Shown here in pieces: positions 1-11,520 of a stretch of 64,000 nucleotides of DNA (the stretch's first letter is position 1; every line of letters begins with the position of its first letter). The DNA is taken from positions 14,570,001-14,634,000 of the forward strand of contig OZ365118.1 in the NCBI GenBank assembly GCA_977030845.1. The letters are read 5' to 3'. A model generated the notes under the pieces. It searched no databases. It was not told where the DNA came from and worked only from the letters and a program-made list of their open reading frames with translations. The DNA is from Fimbriosthenelais zetlandica. Lineage: Eukaryota. The position numbers and the translations under genes are program-made.

Positions 1-959
1 TATCATCCTCCCGTATCCACGGGAAACGCTTACGGAAGTGCTCGTTGGGTCCGGGTCGCTCCTGGACTTGACTGCGCTTACGGAGGGCCGGGTCTTACCC
101 GTCTCCCGTATGAGCACCTGTGAAGCTCACCCTTTTTGTACTTACCACATCTTTTGTTATACGATCACATGTATGTTAAATGTACCAACGCTCTTGCTGC
201 TACTTGCTCTCTGCTGAGAGCTTGCAATGGATTGACCCTGATTTAATAAACAGTTACTATGAAACTTTAATGATATTGCCTTTCTAGTTCTCCTTTGGTC
301 AGCCAGTTCATTACAATATTATATAAGTACAGTTTATGAAAAAAAAGTTTTTTATCTTATGAAATTTCCTAGAGCAGATGAAAACTAGGGAAATATTTTC
401 GAGACATTCCGAAATGAAATTTACGATACTTAAAAGATTTACGGTGATTTTTTTTCTTTTCCATCATATTTCTTTGGCATATCACCCCCTCCACCATGCA
501 CCCCCTCCCTCCGTCCAAAGCATACCACAGTGGTCAGTTGGGATGATGATCTCTAAGCTGGGATGGATAAAGGTGAAGGACATGCCCGTTGTGTAGCGAC
601 CTGAACGCACGGACCACGTTCCATGCTAGGTTCAGTGAGTGTAGATACCTTATACATGTATATAAGGCTGTAGCCATCTTATCCTCCATTCTAACTATAT
701 CTCTCTATAGATATACGGTCCCTCCCACACCATCACACACCCTCCCCGCCAGTACCGACCACACCCTTGTGGAGAACAACATGTACAAATACCCCAAAAT
801 ACCTATTGTTCTCCCTTATAAATGTCTTTCCCAATGCCAATTATATGCCCATGCATTTCATTACCAAAATCTTAGAACCTATAAACTTCTAAGTCTCTTC
901 TCATTTCTTTTTATCCTATTCTTTCCTCCCCCCCCCCCCCCCCCTTCGTCCACCTCTCG

Positions 960-1270
960 ACTCTTGCTCTCCATTCCACAACTCTCCCCCTCTCGATATA
1001 TCTCCCTCTAATCACGTATCCCAGCCCTTTTTCTTCTTCCTTTCTCTTCCCTTTCCATCTTCCTTCTCTTTTTCCTGTTTTTCCTCTTTCCTTTAATTAT
1101 TCTCTGTTTCTCTCTCCCCTCTCTCATTCCCCTCTCCCCCCTTCTCTCTCTCTCTGCCGCCTCTCCCCCCCCCCCTCTCTCTCTGCCGCCTCTTCCCCCC
1201 TCCCTCTCCCCCCCCCTCTCCCCCCCTCTCTCTCTCTGCCGCCTCTCCCCATGCATGCACCCTCCCCCTA
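960..1270. repeat. Polypyrimidine (CT/C-rich) low-complexity tract
   Basis: Nearly pure pyrimidine stretch with three copies of TCTCTCTGCCGCCTCT. Confidence 0.85.
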
Positions 1271-1465
1271 TATGTATACCTTTCACAACTAATATGCCCC
1301 TCAGGTGTATAACCGGGGGGCATGCCTACAGACGCCACGGTAACAAAGAGTTAATTGTGCTCTGGACACACCTTCGGTGATAAGCGTCTGTCGTAAACTG
1401 TCAACGATCGACCATAATTAAATGGACGCCACACAGGCAGAATGTATTTTATAGTTAAGCTGGGA

Positions 1466-1650
1466 CTCCACTGCTGCGATTTTGCTTGTGACAATACTGC
1501 GACAAAGGGGATGATTGTATCGCAATGAAAAATGTACCAGTCGGGGACGACCTTAAGGCCTTGGACACTTTATCCAGGACTTTATTGCAACATCAGCATC
1601 ACATTTGTCCCAGTTTATTTAGTGTCGCAAGAAAAATCGCAATTGTGGAG
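1466..1650. mobile_element. Putative MITE with about 27-bp imperfect terminal inverted repeats
   Basis: CTCCACTGCTGCGATTTTGCTTGTGAC (1466-1492) is the imperfect reverse complement of GTCGCAAGAAAAATCGCAATTGTGGAG (1624-1650). Confidence 0.5.
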
Positions 1651-1730
1651 GACTGCATGTATGGTTTACACCGGTCCGTGGTCACACAGTGAGAAAAAGG
1701 CCCTTCATGGCATATCCTCACATGCGGTAC

Positions 1731-1765
1731 ATGAATGAATGAATGAATGAATGAATGAATGAATG
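1731..1765. repeat. (GAAT)n microsatellite
   Basis: About 8 perfect tetranucleotide units. Confidence 0.95.
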
Positions 1766-3632
1766 TGCTAGTGCTGTTGCGACATGCCATGCAGCTAAGA
1801 CGATTTATATTATAGAAAAGTCCATATATCAATCTTTCTGTTTTACCCCACCATTGTGACAATCTGTCTATGACAATCATCCCTGTTTTTGTTGTTGTAA
1901 GATACATAGTGTATAGGTGGTAATTAATATACCTATTTCACCCTCTTTAGTTCTGAATGGAGAGCGGTTAGAATGAATCACCCACTATACCTGTCTTCAG
2001 GATTCGTGTGAAAAGCTCTTCACGCTGTAAAAGATCTATAGATGTCTCTCTGTGTGGTGAAAGATTAGGGATCAAGGAACAGGTGGCTAGACACCTATTA
2101 ATCCTAATCCCCGTACCAAACAAAACCAACAAATGGGTGTACTTTACTTCAGAAATATTACCAGGCTTTATACCATTTATAGGATTTTAAAAAACCCAAA
2201 TAAAACTCCTTATTTGGACCGAAGATATTAAGTTACGTAATGATTGATAAAGATTTACAATATTTATTTATGTTTTTGGTGTGGGGGGGGGGGAGGCTGA
2301 GGGTGGTGGAGTTGATGTTGTAGATAGGGGTGGGGGGGGGGTGTGCAGGGCTGGGTGTACATATGAGAAGGAGGATTTATTCCCACGAAGCGCCGTTAGG
2401 AGATCCTGTCCATAGGGGAAGGTTAAAAACCACAGAAACCCCTTATTCCAACCACAAACAGAATCTTATCACTGATCACTACCACCACCATTCTACTACC
2501 CTGCCCTTACTCCCAGGCTCATTAGGCCAGTGAAAATAAATATGTTTCACAGGAGATATAAATTTATTTCACTCATCTCTCATTTATTTTGGAATAATTA
2601 ACCATACAAGCAAAAGTGGAAAATTACGAGAATCCAGGGTAATACTACTATATACTTTTAGGATAGAAAAGGACCCTGTCGGGTTGTAAAGAATGGGCTA
2701 ATTATAAATTTAAATCATAATGGAAAAATGATTTTTCCATCTGTGGCCTCAGGAATCAGTGGCAGTGTAAACCTCCACTCTTGCAATCGTCCATCAATCA
2801 CTAGCCCAATTAACGACACAAAAACGAGGAGAACATTTGATTGACGTGTACAAGGTGGACGGGGTTGGTTTAGGTATAGGAGGTTGCGTGTCACACATTA
2901 ATTTGGGGAAAGAAGGGGCGGCCCCCTGACAGAGCGTGAAAATAAGGGAAAGAAAGAATAAAGAGCAGGGGCAAGGACCAATACCGTATACCTTCCATTG
3001 ACGTTCTGGGTCATTTTACATTGGCTAAGGGCCTGTTTTCTTCTCGCGTCTGATGTACAATAAACTGATATTAAAATATGCCTAAAATATACCAAGATGA
3101 TGTGATCACTTTAACCAGAGATAACAGCAGAGGCGGATCTAGTATTAGTGGGGGTGGGGGGGTGGATTGAAGGCGGGCATCCTGGCCAAAAGTATAAATT
3201 TAAGCGACAAAAATTAATGTCTGGCAGGGGCCGGATACGACTGTGAATAAGAAATTTATCTACGCCTAACATTTCCCGTCGATAGTGCGAAAAGCTGAAC
3301 AAGAAGCGGACTGTGTGTTGATGAGGGCCTGTTTTAGGTGGTGTACGGTAGGGGGAGGTGGTAGAGGAGGAGAGGGATGTGATTGAGGTGATTGTAAGGG
3401 TGGTGGTAGTGGTCGGTTGTGGGAGGGGGTAATGGTGTGTTAGGAGACTGTCAAGGTAGGTGGTCCAGCCAGGTGACATGGCGGAGCTCAAACTGACAGG
3501 TGAGTGTGTGTAGACATCCTCTATACCACTCACTCACCCACCCACCCACATACTCACTCACACACATACGCCTATAGTGTACAGGGGCGTAGGAAACAGC
3601 GGGGCCATAGGGGCAACGGCACCCCTACCACA

Positions 3633-3663
<31 letters not shown>

Positions 3664-3826
3664 TTTTTTGGGGGGGGGGGGATATATGTTTTGCCCCCCC
3701 CCCCCCCACCTACCAAATTATCCTGAATAATATAATTGTCATACTAAGTCGTACTAGGCTACATTTTTCTTGCAATAATCATCGAAAGGCAGTCAATGAG
3801 GCGACCACGACCTCCACGAGCGGGTA

Positions 3827-3931
3827 GATGTCCGCTACCATGATGTCCATTACCATGATGTCCATTACCAAGATGTCCGTTACCATCCACTACTCATCGA
3901 ATGATTTGTTGAGTTCTTGATGTCCGTTACC
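3827..3931. repeat. 15-bp tandem repeat (GATGTCCRYTACCAW x4) plus a solo copy
   Basis: Units at 3827, 3842, 3857 and 3872; solo GATGTCCGTTACC at 3919-3931. Confidence 0.85.
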
Positions 3932-4173
3932 TATTGATGATCTCATGAGACATCTAGCGGAACCTTGTTGAAGCTCCCATGCCAGTTCTGGTACAAAGCA
4001 CTAGGTGGCAGCACGTATTCGTGGCAAGACCACAGACCCAGCCAGGCGACAAGACTCTGTGCATCCCATTTCAAGGTGACGCTTGGATTATAGGCTTCCC
4101 ATGCAAATACCCCACCATCGGATAATCCTGAAACTAACTACGCGCTGATTTAGCCCCCCCCCCCTATTTTTTG

Positions 4174-4249
4174 AGGGTTAACCCTAACCCTAGGTTTTAA
4201 GCCTAGGTTAACCCTAAAGATACTAGCATATATTTACTAACCCTAACCC
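4174..4249. repeat. Telomere-like TAACCC cluster with palindromes
   Basis: TAACCC at 4179, 4185, 4209, 4238 and 4244; palindromic AGGGTTAACCCT and CCTAGG. Confidence 0.65.
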
Positions 4250-4665
4250 GGCGTCCCCTTCCCCTGGATCCGCCCCTGCTAACGCCGCCAATAACTCAAT
4301 GGATGGTAAATTCTCATGTGGTGGTAGCCTATGCGGCTCGATATCCTTTGCACCTATTCATATTTTGCATTTCTGCTCCATAGAACCTCGATTTGTCTCG
4401 AAAACAGTCCTTGAAGTAACTTACAAAGTGAAAGCATGTGGGAGCTCTGAAAGCGCACCATGCAAATACCCCACCACCGAGTAAATCAGGAACTGTCTGA
4501 TTCCGTTACAACGGGTAAGACGGGCCTGATTGCTGTGTTTTGCCATTTCTTGTATTCTGGATTCTGGCAGAGTAACCGAACCGATGAAGGAAGGACAGTA
4601 AATATCGCCTCGAATCTTCCTAAATATTACACTTAAACTCGCGGTATTGTCAAGGATGAGCAAAC

Positions 4666-4727
4666 ATGAGTTGTCCCTGGTTCCGACTTAGAAGAGAGAA
4701 GCGGGAGGTAGCTGAGCATGGCGCAAG
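4666..4727 (+). CDS. Probable upstream coding exon of the ankyrin/SOCS-box gene (MSCPWFRLRREKREVAEHGAR)
   Basis: ATG at 4666; AAG|GTATAG donor after 4727 is phase 2 and joins the acceptor at 5381 in frame (AG+A = Arg, then ATG), giving a 494-aa protein. Confidence 0.5.
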
Positions 4728-5380
4728 GTATAGTGTCTACCCGCTGTCATTCCCTCCTCCTCCTCCTCCACCCCATTCCAACATTCAAGTACAAACTCAT
4801 GATAGGGACCGGGGAAAATGTTCAAATTACAGAAAAAACTATTTTATACTGTATAGAACAGATAGTATACTTTTTGAATTATCACTCTATCATATTTGTA
4901 GCCCAAGATATCCATTCTTGAATACAAATATTAGGGGTGTTTAGTTACATTGGGCGTCAATGTCTTAGTTGGCATAGGCCTAGTATTAGTTGTAGTAGTA
5001 CTATCCGTACCAGGTCTACCAGTCCTAATCCCATACACACCTGTCTTTTGCCCTATTTGCACCTACTTAATACACCTACTTAATCTAATACACTATACTA
5101 TAGTCTGTAATGTTGGAAATGGCGCTTTCTCTTTCATAATCATGAAACCAGTGTGCAGTGTATTTTAGTCATCTATATCATGACATATTTGTGCATAATA
5201 TTGGAAATTCACTATATGTTCTGTAATAATTTTCTTTATTATAATTTATAGATCTTTAATCATTCGCATGTATCTGACAATTCACTATCTTCTATAACTA
5301 TCTTTGATATATATTTAGATCCTTATTCTCTCGTACCTTTTTGACACTACGTTCTATGCTATATTTAATATCTATTGTAG

Positions 5381-6803
5381 AATGACAGAAGCTGCGTTTA
5401 ACGGGGATGAATTCCGCCTGAATGACCTCCTGGAGAACGGACGCTGGACCTCATCCGATGCCGTCCAGGAGGCCCTGGGCGTGGCCATGGAGATGAGGAA
5501 CGCCCCGTGTGTCCGCATCCTCCTGGAGGCTGGAGCAAGCCCCCTGGTTACCATCCAGGAGAACCAAGATGACGACAAAACCAACGGCGACCAGGGATCA
5601 TCCTCGACGGATCTCTGTGACTCTAATAATAAACCCATCCTGGTCTATGCGGCTGAGAAGGGAATGGATGAGATCATGGGCTACCTACTGGAATATGGAG
5701 GGGACGTGGCTCCGGCTAAAAAATGGAAAGGTGGGGATACACTCTTACATGTGGCGGCCAGGGGTGGGCATGCCTCTTGTATTAAAGTCCTCTTAAATAC
5801 CGTCCACCACTGCACCATTACATACAATGATGCCTACGAGACCCCTGCCACCATCGCAGTCACGTCAGGCATGTTTGGTTTCTACGACTGTTTCCAGCTT
5901 CTCATCGCAGACGGGGGAGTAGAGCAGATGGACGGTGAGGGCAGGAACCTCCTTCACCTGGCCGTTGTCCATGGTCGTTTCTCTATGGTGCAAAAACTGT
6001 TGAGTAAAGGCTACGCCGTGGATGAGACTGATTTTGAAGGAATGACCCCACTCATCGACGCCATTCTACGAGGCCACCTCGTCATTGTCAATCTCTTGGT
6101 GAATTTCTCTGAGATTGATTTCCCGGCTGATAAGGATCGGACGGCGTTGATGGTGGCTGCTCAGAGCCAGTCAGTTGAGGCGATGCGCATCTTAATCGCT
6201 GCTGGGGCCGCAGTCAACAAAACAGACAAGCATGGTAATTCAGCTTTAATACTGGGCATCAAACACGAGGAGGTGACGGCTATTCTGTTAGCTAACGGTG
6301 CCAACACTGACACACAGAACAGGACTGGGGTGACAGCCTTGTGGTACGCCGCCTACCACGGAGGATGCCCATCGCTACACTGCCTCCTTAAGGCCAGCCC
6401 CAACCTAGAACTGACCGGAGAAAACAGCATCTTTCCCCTTGAGGTGGCCATAGAGAAGGGCCACTTCGCTGCGGCCCAGTGCATCATTTACGCTGGCAGT
6501 CCTTTCAGGAATATCATCTATTCATTGAAACAGTACGCCTCATGCCAGGCCATTAATACTTTATCTGAGGGTCATACTTTCTTATCGTGGGTTAAGGACT
6601 GGGTGGGTAACCTCCGCAGTCTCAAGTATCTTAGTAGAAAAGCCATAAGGGGTGCTCTGGGGAAAAACAGTATTTCACAAAAGGTCTCGACATTACCTCT
6701 ACCTAAGTTATTGGTTCATTATGTGGACCTGATCGATCTGTGTCAGTTCTATAGCCAGGATGATTACAGTGGCAATGCCAGCAGCAAAGATACTAAAATA
6801 TGA
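5381..6803 (+). CDS. Ankyrin-repeat and SOCS-box protein (ASB-like Cullin-RING E3 adaptor), main coding exon
   Basis: 473-aa uninterrupted ORF (5382-6803) with about 10 ankyrin repeats (e.g. GDTLLHVAARGGHASCIKVLL, GRNLLHLAVVHGRFSMVQKLL, DRTALMVAAQSQSVEAMRILI) and a C-terminal SOCS box (SLKYLSRKAIR...LPLPKLLVHYVDL). It is preceded by a splice acceptor ...tctattgtag|A at 5380/5381. Confidence 0.93.
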
Positions 6804-7320
6804 GCACATTCCTCAATGAAGAAAAAAAAATGACCAATTTGTTGTGTAAATGTTTCGTGTAAAGAACGCTTTAAAATCATAATAATAATTATACACAAAT
6901 TATTAACTTAAATTATGCTGTTAATATATCATTGATGGTTATGCTGACATATACTGTAATGTAAAACGTCAGTATCCTATTTGGAGGGATAAACCGGAGC
7001 GACAGAAAATTAAAATATTTAGGCCTACTTATTTTATATTTATATAGAAACAGCCTCTAGTGCAGATAGTGCAGAGTTTTGGTGTCAAACCGTTTATTAA
7101 TTTATTTATATAAATGAAAATTAATATATTTTCTAGTCATCGTGTTGTTGAGAGTAGGAAATCAAGATCTGGTTGTATATTCTTGTTTAATATAAAGATA
7201 TATGTTACTCGAAAGCATTAATTGCCACTTCGTCTCATTGTACTGAATTCTGTTTTTTAATTCAGTGTATATTTATAATGTAGTATACATTTATGATTTC
7301 ATTTGTTGAATATTAATCCA

Positions 7321-7326
7321 AATAAA
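7321..7326 (+). promoter_or_regulatory. Candidate polyadenylation signal of the first ASB-like gene
   Basis: AATAAA about 520 nt after the stop codon in an AT-rich 3' region, before the next promoter. Confidence 0.4.
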
Positions 7327-7537
7327 TGTAAAGAAAAAGTTATGCACGGATTTTGATGTTATTAGCACAGAATGTCCAAATAATTTATGCTAGCTGTCTC
7401 TCCTATCTTAAGTCTCTCCTATCTTGGAATCATTCTTTGGTTCTATGCCTTTCTGTTGATCAGCTGATCTCATTCTCATTTTTATCATGCCATAGTGACG
7501 TAACCATAGCGTCATAGTGACATAACCAGGATATATA

Positions 7538-7596
7538 CAGGAAGTGGCGTAATAATCTGACGTCACTGCCCTTCTTCCGGCTAAAACCAAGATGGC
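7538..7596 (+). promoter_or_regulatory. Compact housekeeping-type promoter of the second SOCS-box gene
   Basis: ETS-type CAGGAAGT (7538-7545) and CTTCCGG (7574-7580), perfect CRE TGACGTCA (7558-7565), and YY1-type AAGATGGC overlapping the ATG (7589-7596). Confidence 0.55.
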
Positions 7597-8752
7597 TACT
7601 TCTGTCCAGCAGTACATCGATTATTTCCACAAACTGGAATCTCAGCACGGCGCCGATTGCTTTTCACACCCAGAAAAACTCAAAAAGATCAAAAACAATC
7701 TCCATTCACACATTTCAAGTCATTGTGGCTACAAGAAGGTGATCAAAACCATTGTGAGGGCGGCCTGTGACTTCCATGTTGGAAGGGACGATGTTTTCAA
7801 AAACAGCAAAGTGTCTCAGACATTTTCCACAGGTGACACGGTGGGCATTCTTGTTATAGCTGCTCATTTATGTCAGAAATATGAGATTTATGACAACCCT
7901 AGGCTCGTGCGGGATGTCCTGCTGCTCCTATTCAAGGAAGACGGTGGTTTCGACAGACTTTTCTGTTTTTTAGACCCCCTCGTCTTCCCCTATGAAGTAG
8001 ACCCGGTCTTGTTCCCCGCCACAGGTATTTTTGACGATTACAGTGAACACTTGGATATTATCGAATATTTTCTAATTAATGCTGGACATTTATTGACGGT
8101 ACGAGCTACGTACACGGAGGTGGATTTTAGCACAAATTTCAATGATGACTCCGCTGGGCGGAGCTACGCCAGAAGGATGGCCATGGTTGACGCCCCTTTG
8201 AGGGCGTGCCGTGGGAGCACGCCCCTCCTCCTAGCCTGCCACGCCCTCAACCCCTCGGCCATACTCCTCCTCCTCCGTCACGGAGCCAACCCTTTACAGA
8301 GAGGCCAAGCCCATCAGATTCTCGGCTTGCAGTTCCAGCATCCACTCTATGTGATCGTTTCCAAGCTCAACTCGTCGCTCTTCTGGAGAAGCAGCCATCC
8401 GTCGCTCATTGACTCGGCCCTGCAGAAAAGGTTCGAGCTCACACAGAAAGCTCAGAGGGAGGACTTGAAGAAATGTTTGAGGTATTTCTGCAGGGCGCTG
8501 CCCCGACTGCCAATCACTCTTAAGGACAGGGAGGAGGGACCGAGAGTGACAGACCCAGAGATGTTTTACCTGGCTTCAGAGTACTCACATCTCTTACCTG
8601 TAGATCGGTACAGGGACCCAGCCTCTCTCTCCCACCTCTCCAGGTGCTTCATACGATCACAGATGTTTAAAGCCAGAACTCTCCCTCATGGCATCTCGTC
8701 ACTAGAAATCCCAATACAACTTCATCTATACTTGGACTTACTCTGTGATTGA
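7592..8752 (+). CDS. Single-ankyrin + SOCS-box protein (ASB17-like architecture), intronless CDS
   Basis: 386-aa ORF with one clear ankyrin repeat (GSTPLLLACHALNPSAILLLLRHGANP) and a C-terminal SOCS box (PASLSHLSRCFIR...GISSLEIPIQLHLYLDL). Good Kozak context (aagATGG); AATAAA cluster at 8971-8996. Confidence 0.88.
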   Translation: MATSVQQYIDYFHKLESQHGADCFSHPEKLKKIKNNLHSHISSHCGYKKVIKTIVRAACDFHVGRDDVFKNSKVSQTFSTGDTVGILVIAAHLCQKYEIYDNPRLVRDVLLLLFKEDGGFDRLFCFLDPLVFPYEVDPVLFPATGIFDDYSEHLDIIEYFLINAGHLLTVRATYTEVDFSTNFNDDSAGRSYARRMAMVDAPLRACRGSTPLLLACHALNPSAILLLLRHGANPLQRGQAHQILGLQFQHPLYVIVSKLNSSLFWRSSHPSLIDSALQKRFELTQKAQREDLKKCLRYFCRALPRLPITLKDREEGPRVTDPEMFYLASEYSHLLPVDRYRDPASLSHLSRCFIRSQMFKARTLPHGISSLEIPIQLHLYLDLLCD

Positions 8753-9119
8753 GAAAAAAATAGTCTGAAAAATATATTTTAAGGATAGTCTATAATGAAA
8801 TCTATGTAGACCTCAATGTAGGAGTGAAATTAACACCGTTTTGGGAATTTGGACTGACATATTTATAGATCTAGGCTCTATTTATTCCTAATTTATTATC
8901 TAGGCCTATTCTGATAGGCCTTCGTTGTGATATAAATTATTGGCCAAATTATTAAATTTGACTAAATGTAAATAAATGTAATAAATAAATAATAAAGAAG
9001 TGGTGAATTTGAATATGTTTTCCACTCACTGTAATGAATTTTACTTTTCATGTATTGTTCCAGTAACATGTGATCATAGCATTAAGTACACAAAATACGT
9101 TCGCTTTATCTTAAGATTT

Positions 9120-9336
9120 AAATTGTTTTCCTTTTCAAAATATTTTATATGATATGGAGAAAATAAATCATTCACAAATCGTGGCGGGAATCATGATCTA
9201 CCATATATTGTCTCGCATAAGCTACTAAATTGTTTTCCTTTTCAAAATATTTTATATGATATGGAGAGAATAAATCATTCACAAATCGTGGCGGGAATCA
9301 TGATCTACCATATTATATTGTCTCGCATAAGCTACT
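9120..9336. repeat. Recent tandem duplication of about 107 bp
   Basis: 9120-9226 and 9227-9336 differ by one substitution and a 3-nt insertion. Confidence 0.93.
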
Positions 9337-9918
9337 GCCACCAAGAGGCACATTTCTGAACCTAATTCAGGTGTCACAACACTGTTTTTATCCCTGCACC
9401 AAATTAATGTGAATAGTGCCTATAAAATTCGGTTAAACAGAATACATCGTTAAGAAAACCATCAGGCATTATCTATGTTAGGAAATTTTTCATTATCTTT
9501 TTATATACTTGGCAATAAAGTTATGGCATTTAGGTGCAAATTATCACTGGCGCTTGGAGACCTAGCTAGCCTCTTCCGGCCAGTCCGACCTGCACTTGCT
9601 TGTCAGCCGAGTTTGTGTGAGTACATTGCATTTTTTGTTGATTTTGGCTTTTGTAAAGGAGTGAGGTCATTTAAATACATCACAATTATTTCTCCAAGCA
9701 TCCATATATATTATATTGTGTCTGTTACTTGCCAATTCTCTTGAAAATCTAAGAATCGGCGCTTTGTTTGGGTGACCTTCGTTGGTCGACCCAGGGAATC
9801 TGACTGAGTCTGAGGACTAAAGTTTAGTCCTTTGAAGTTTGATGCTTATTGGTATCGCTGACAAGTTTTCTTCAATTTTGTGTTCTATTTCTATTACAGC
9901 TCCACTAAATCCAGCATT

Positions 9919-10075
9919 ATGGGTCTTAAATTTGGCGAGTTACCCACGCGGGTCCGGGGAATCATCTCATACAGTCTTTCACCCATGGAACAGCGGGCAT
10001 TTGCTGGAGTCATCTCTAATGGGCTACCTAACCTCTTTAGACGCTTCAGATCACAAGCGCTCATTGTCATTCCCC
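9919..10075 (+). CDS. UQCRQ: Cytochrome b-c1 complex subunit 8 (QCR8), coding exon 1
   Basis: MGLKFGELPTRVRGIISYSLSPMEQRAFAGVISNGLPNLFRRFRSQALIVIP; acceptor ttacag| at 9899 upstream of the ATG; phase-1 donor C|GTAAG after 10075. Confidence 0.96.
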
Positions 10076-10468
10076 GTAAGTAATTTTGTTTCATCAAAAT
10101 ATCATTTTTAATACATGTGCATTTGGGGCTATGTTCTGAACTTTACTTCTGTTTAATTTGAAAATCGACTTTTGTGTCTATCCATGATAAAGGATGTCAC
10201 ACTTTTTTTGGCCAATATTGAATACCCACCCCGGTTGTCTTCAACTTATGTTTCTTCCTATTCATGAACATGATTGCGTGTCACAAAAACATGGCCACGC
10301 CTCCAAGGTGTGACGTTATATGGATGGCCAGGTAGATAATTTCTGGACCATGCCATGGCTTGTTTCCTTGTCTCCAGCGTCATTTTATCTTTACATCTCC
10401 TTGATTTTATCATAATTCAAGTCTATTTCTGTAATGAGTAATTCTCACATATCTTCCTTCTTTTACAG

Positions 10469-10563
10469 CCTTTGCTGTCGCTTACCTCATCTATGACTGG
10501 GGAGAGAAAGAACACGATAGACTAGATAGGAAAAACCCAGCGGACTTCGAGAATGATAGTTAA
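10469..10563 (+). CDS. UQCRQ: Cytochrome b-c1 complex subunit 8, coding exon 2
   Basis: Acceptor ttttacag|; continues PFAVAYLIYDWGEKEHDRLDRKNPADFENDS*; spliced product of 83 aa with the typical QCR8 C-terminus. Confidence 0.96.
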
Positions 10564-11456
10564 AGTGAGTATTAAATATGATGAGACATGACTTAACTGC
10601 AAAAAGATATCTCAACGCCCCCCTCCCCTCCCCCACCACCTCAATATTTTCCACCTAAACTCAATACAGAAATAATTTTAATTTTGTCTTATAAATAATT
10701 ATTTAGCAAGTAATGGTTGTGAATTGACTAAATTGTAATTTGTTTACAAATTAACTTATGTAATATTTATAGTATTTCATGGTATGCTTCAAAATCAAAT
10801 AGACATTCATCTTTAGAAAATTTGTAATTATATTTATGTTTGAGCTAAAAGTAAGAGCAATGTTTAATTAATGTAAGTTCTGAAAGATGAATCTTTATCG
10901 GTCATGTTCAATACCGCTAAATATAATATAACAATAATAATAAAGCCGGATGTTTCTTTTCCTTGCAGAAGTTTACTCGATATACCCAGTAGTCATATTA
11001 GGACCAAGTGAATTTCTCACCAGGATGTTCTTCTGGATCCTTTCACCAACCTCCGACCATCCCGTACGTCATCAGGGAATTAAAATGAAGTTTCGGAATA
11101 TGAAATACATGATATCGATTGTACATATGGAGTAACACAGTTCAATGTGGTGAATAAAAAGAAATCTATTTAAGAAAACCAACTTCGTCAAGTTTTCAGA
11201 TAAGTTATGAATTAGGTTTTCAAGAGAGGATCTGTAACTAACTCTGCAGCGGTCTGAAGCCGCTTACCCATCACAGATTTCGTCATTGTTTGGCAACACC
11301 CAAATTAGAAATTTAAAGGGTATCATAATAATATGGAAGAAAGCACTCTTCAACTAGAGACCTATAATATAACTAAAGCAGAATTTGAATCCATACCATA
11401 GATATAAGGTTATCATATATACAAAATACTTTGTAGTAAATCAGCACGGTATTTAG

Positions 11457-11520
11457 GGGTTAACACATGAGAGCTTTTCTCGCAGAGACTACTAAGAGAA
11501 AAGCTCGAGTGTGTTGACCC
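11457..11520. repeat. 64-nt stem-loop (palindromic element or pre-miRNA-like)
   Basis: GAGCTTTTCTC (11471-11481) pairs with GAGAAAAGCTC (11496-11506); outer arms GGGTTAACAC and GTGTTGACCC. Confidence 0.8.

Noticed and set aside
3827-3886. 15-bp repeats as a CRISPR-like array or a His-rich coding repeat (DVRYHDVHYH...)
   Set aside because: Head-to-tail units have no spacers, the context is eukaryotic, and the frame has no start and is closed by stops on both sides.
4341-4349. ATATCCTTT, a perfect U12 (AT-AC) donor consensus
   Set aside because: No proper branch-point/AC partner or exon context; the same 9-mer recurs near 35060, as expected by chance in AT-rich DNA.
4421-4550. Minus-strand frame MAKHSNQARLTRCNGIRQFLIYSVVGYLHG ending at a GTAAGT donor (possible divergent gene)
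   Set aside because: Joining it to the nearest acceptor (4127) terminates quickly in every phase, and no downstream exons were found.
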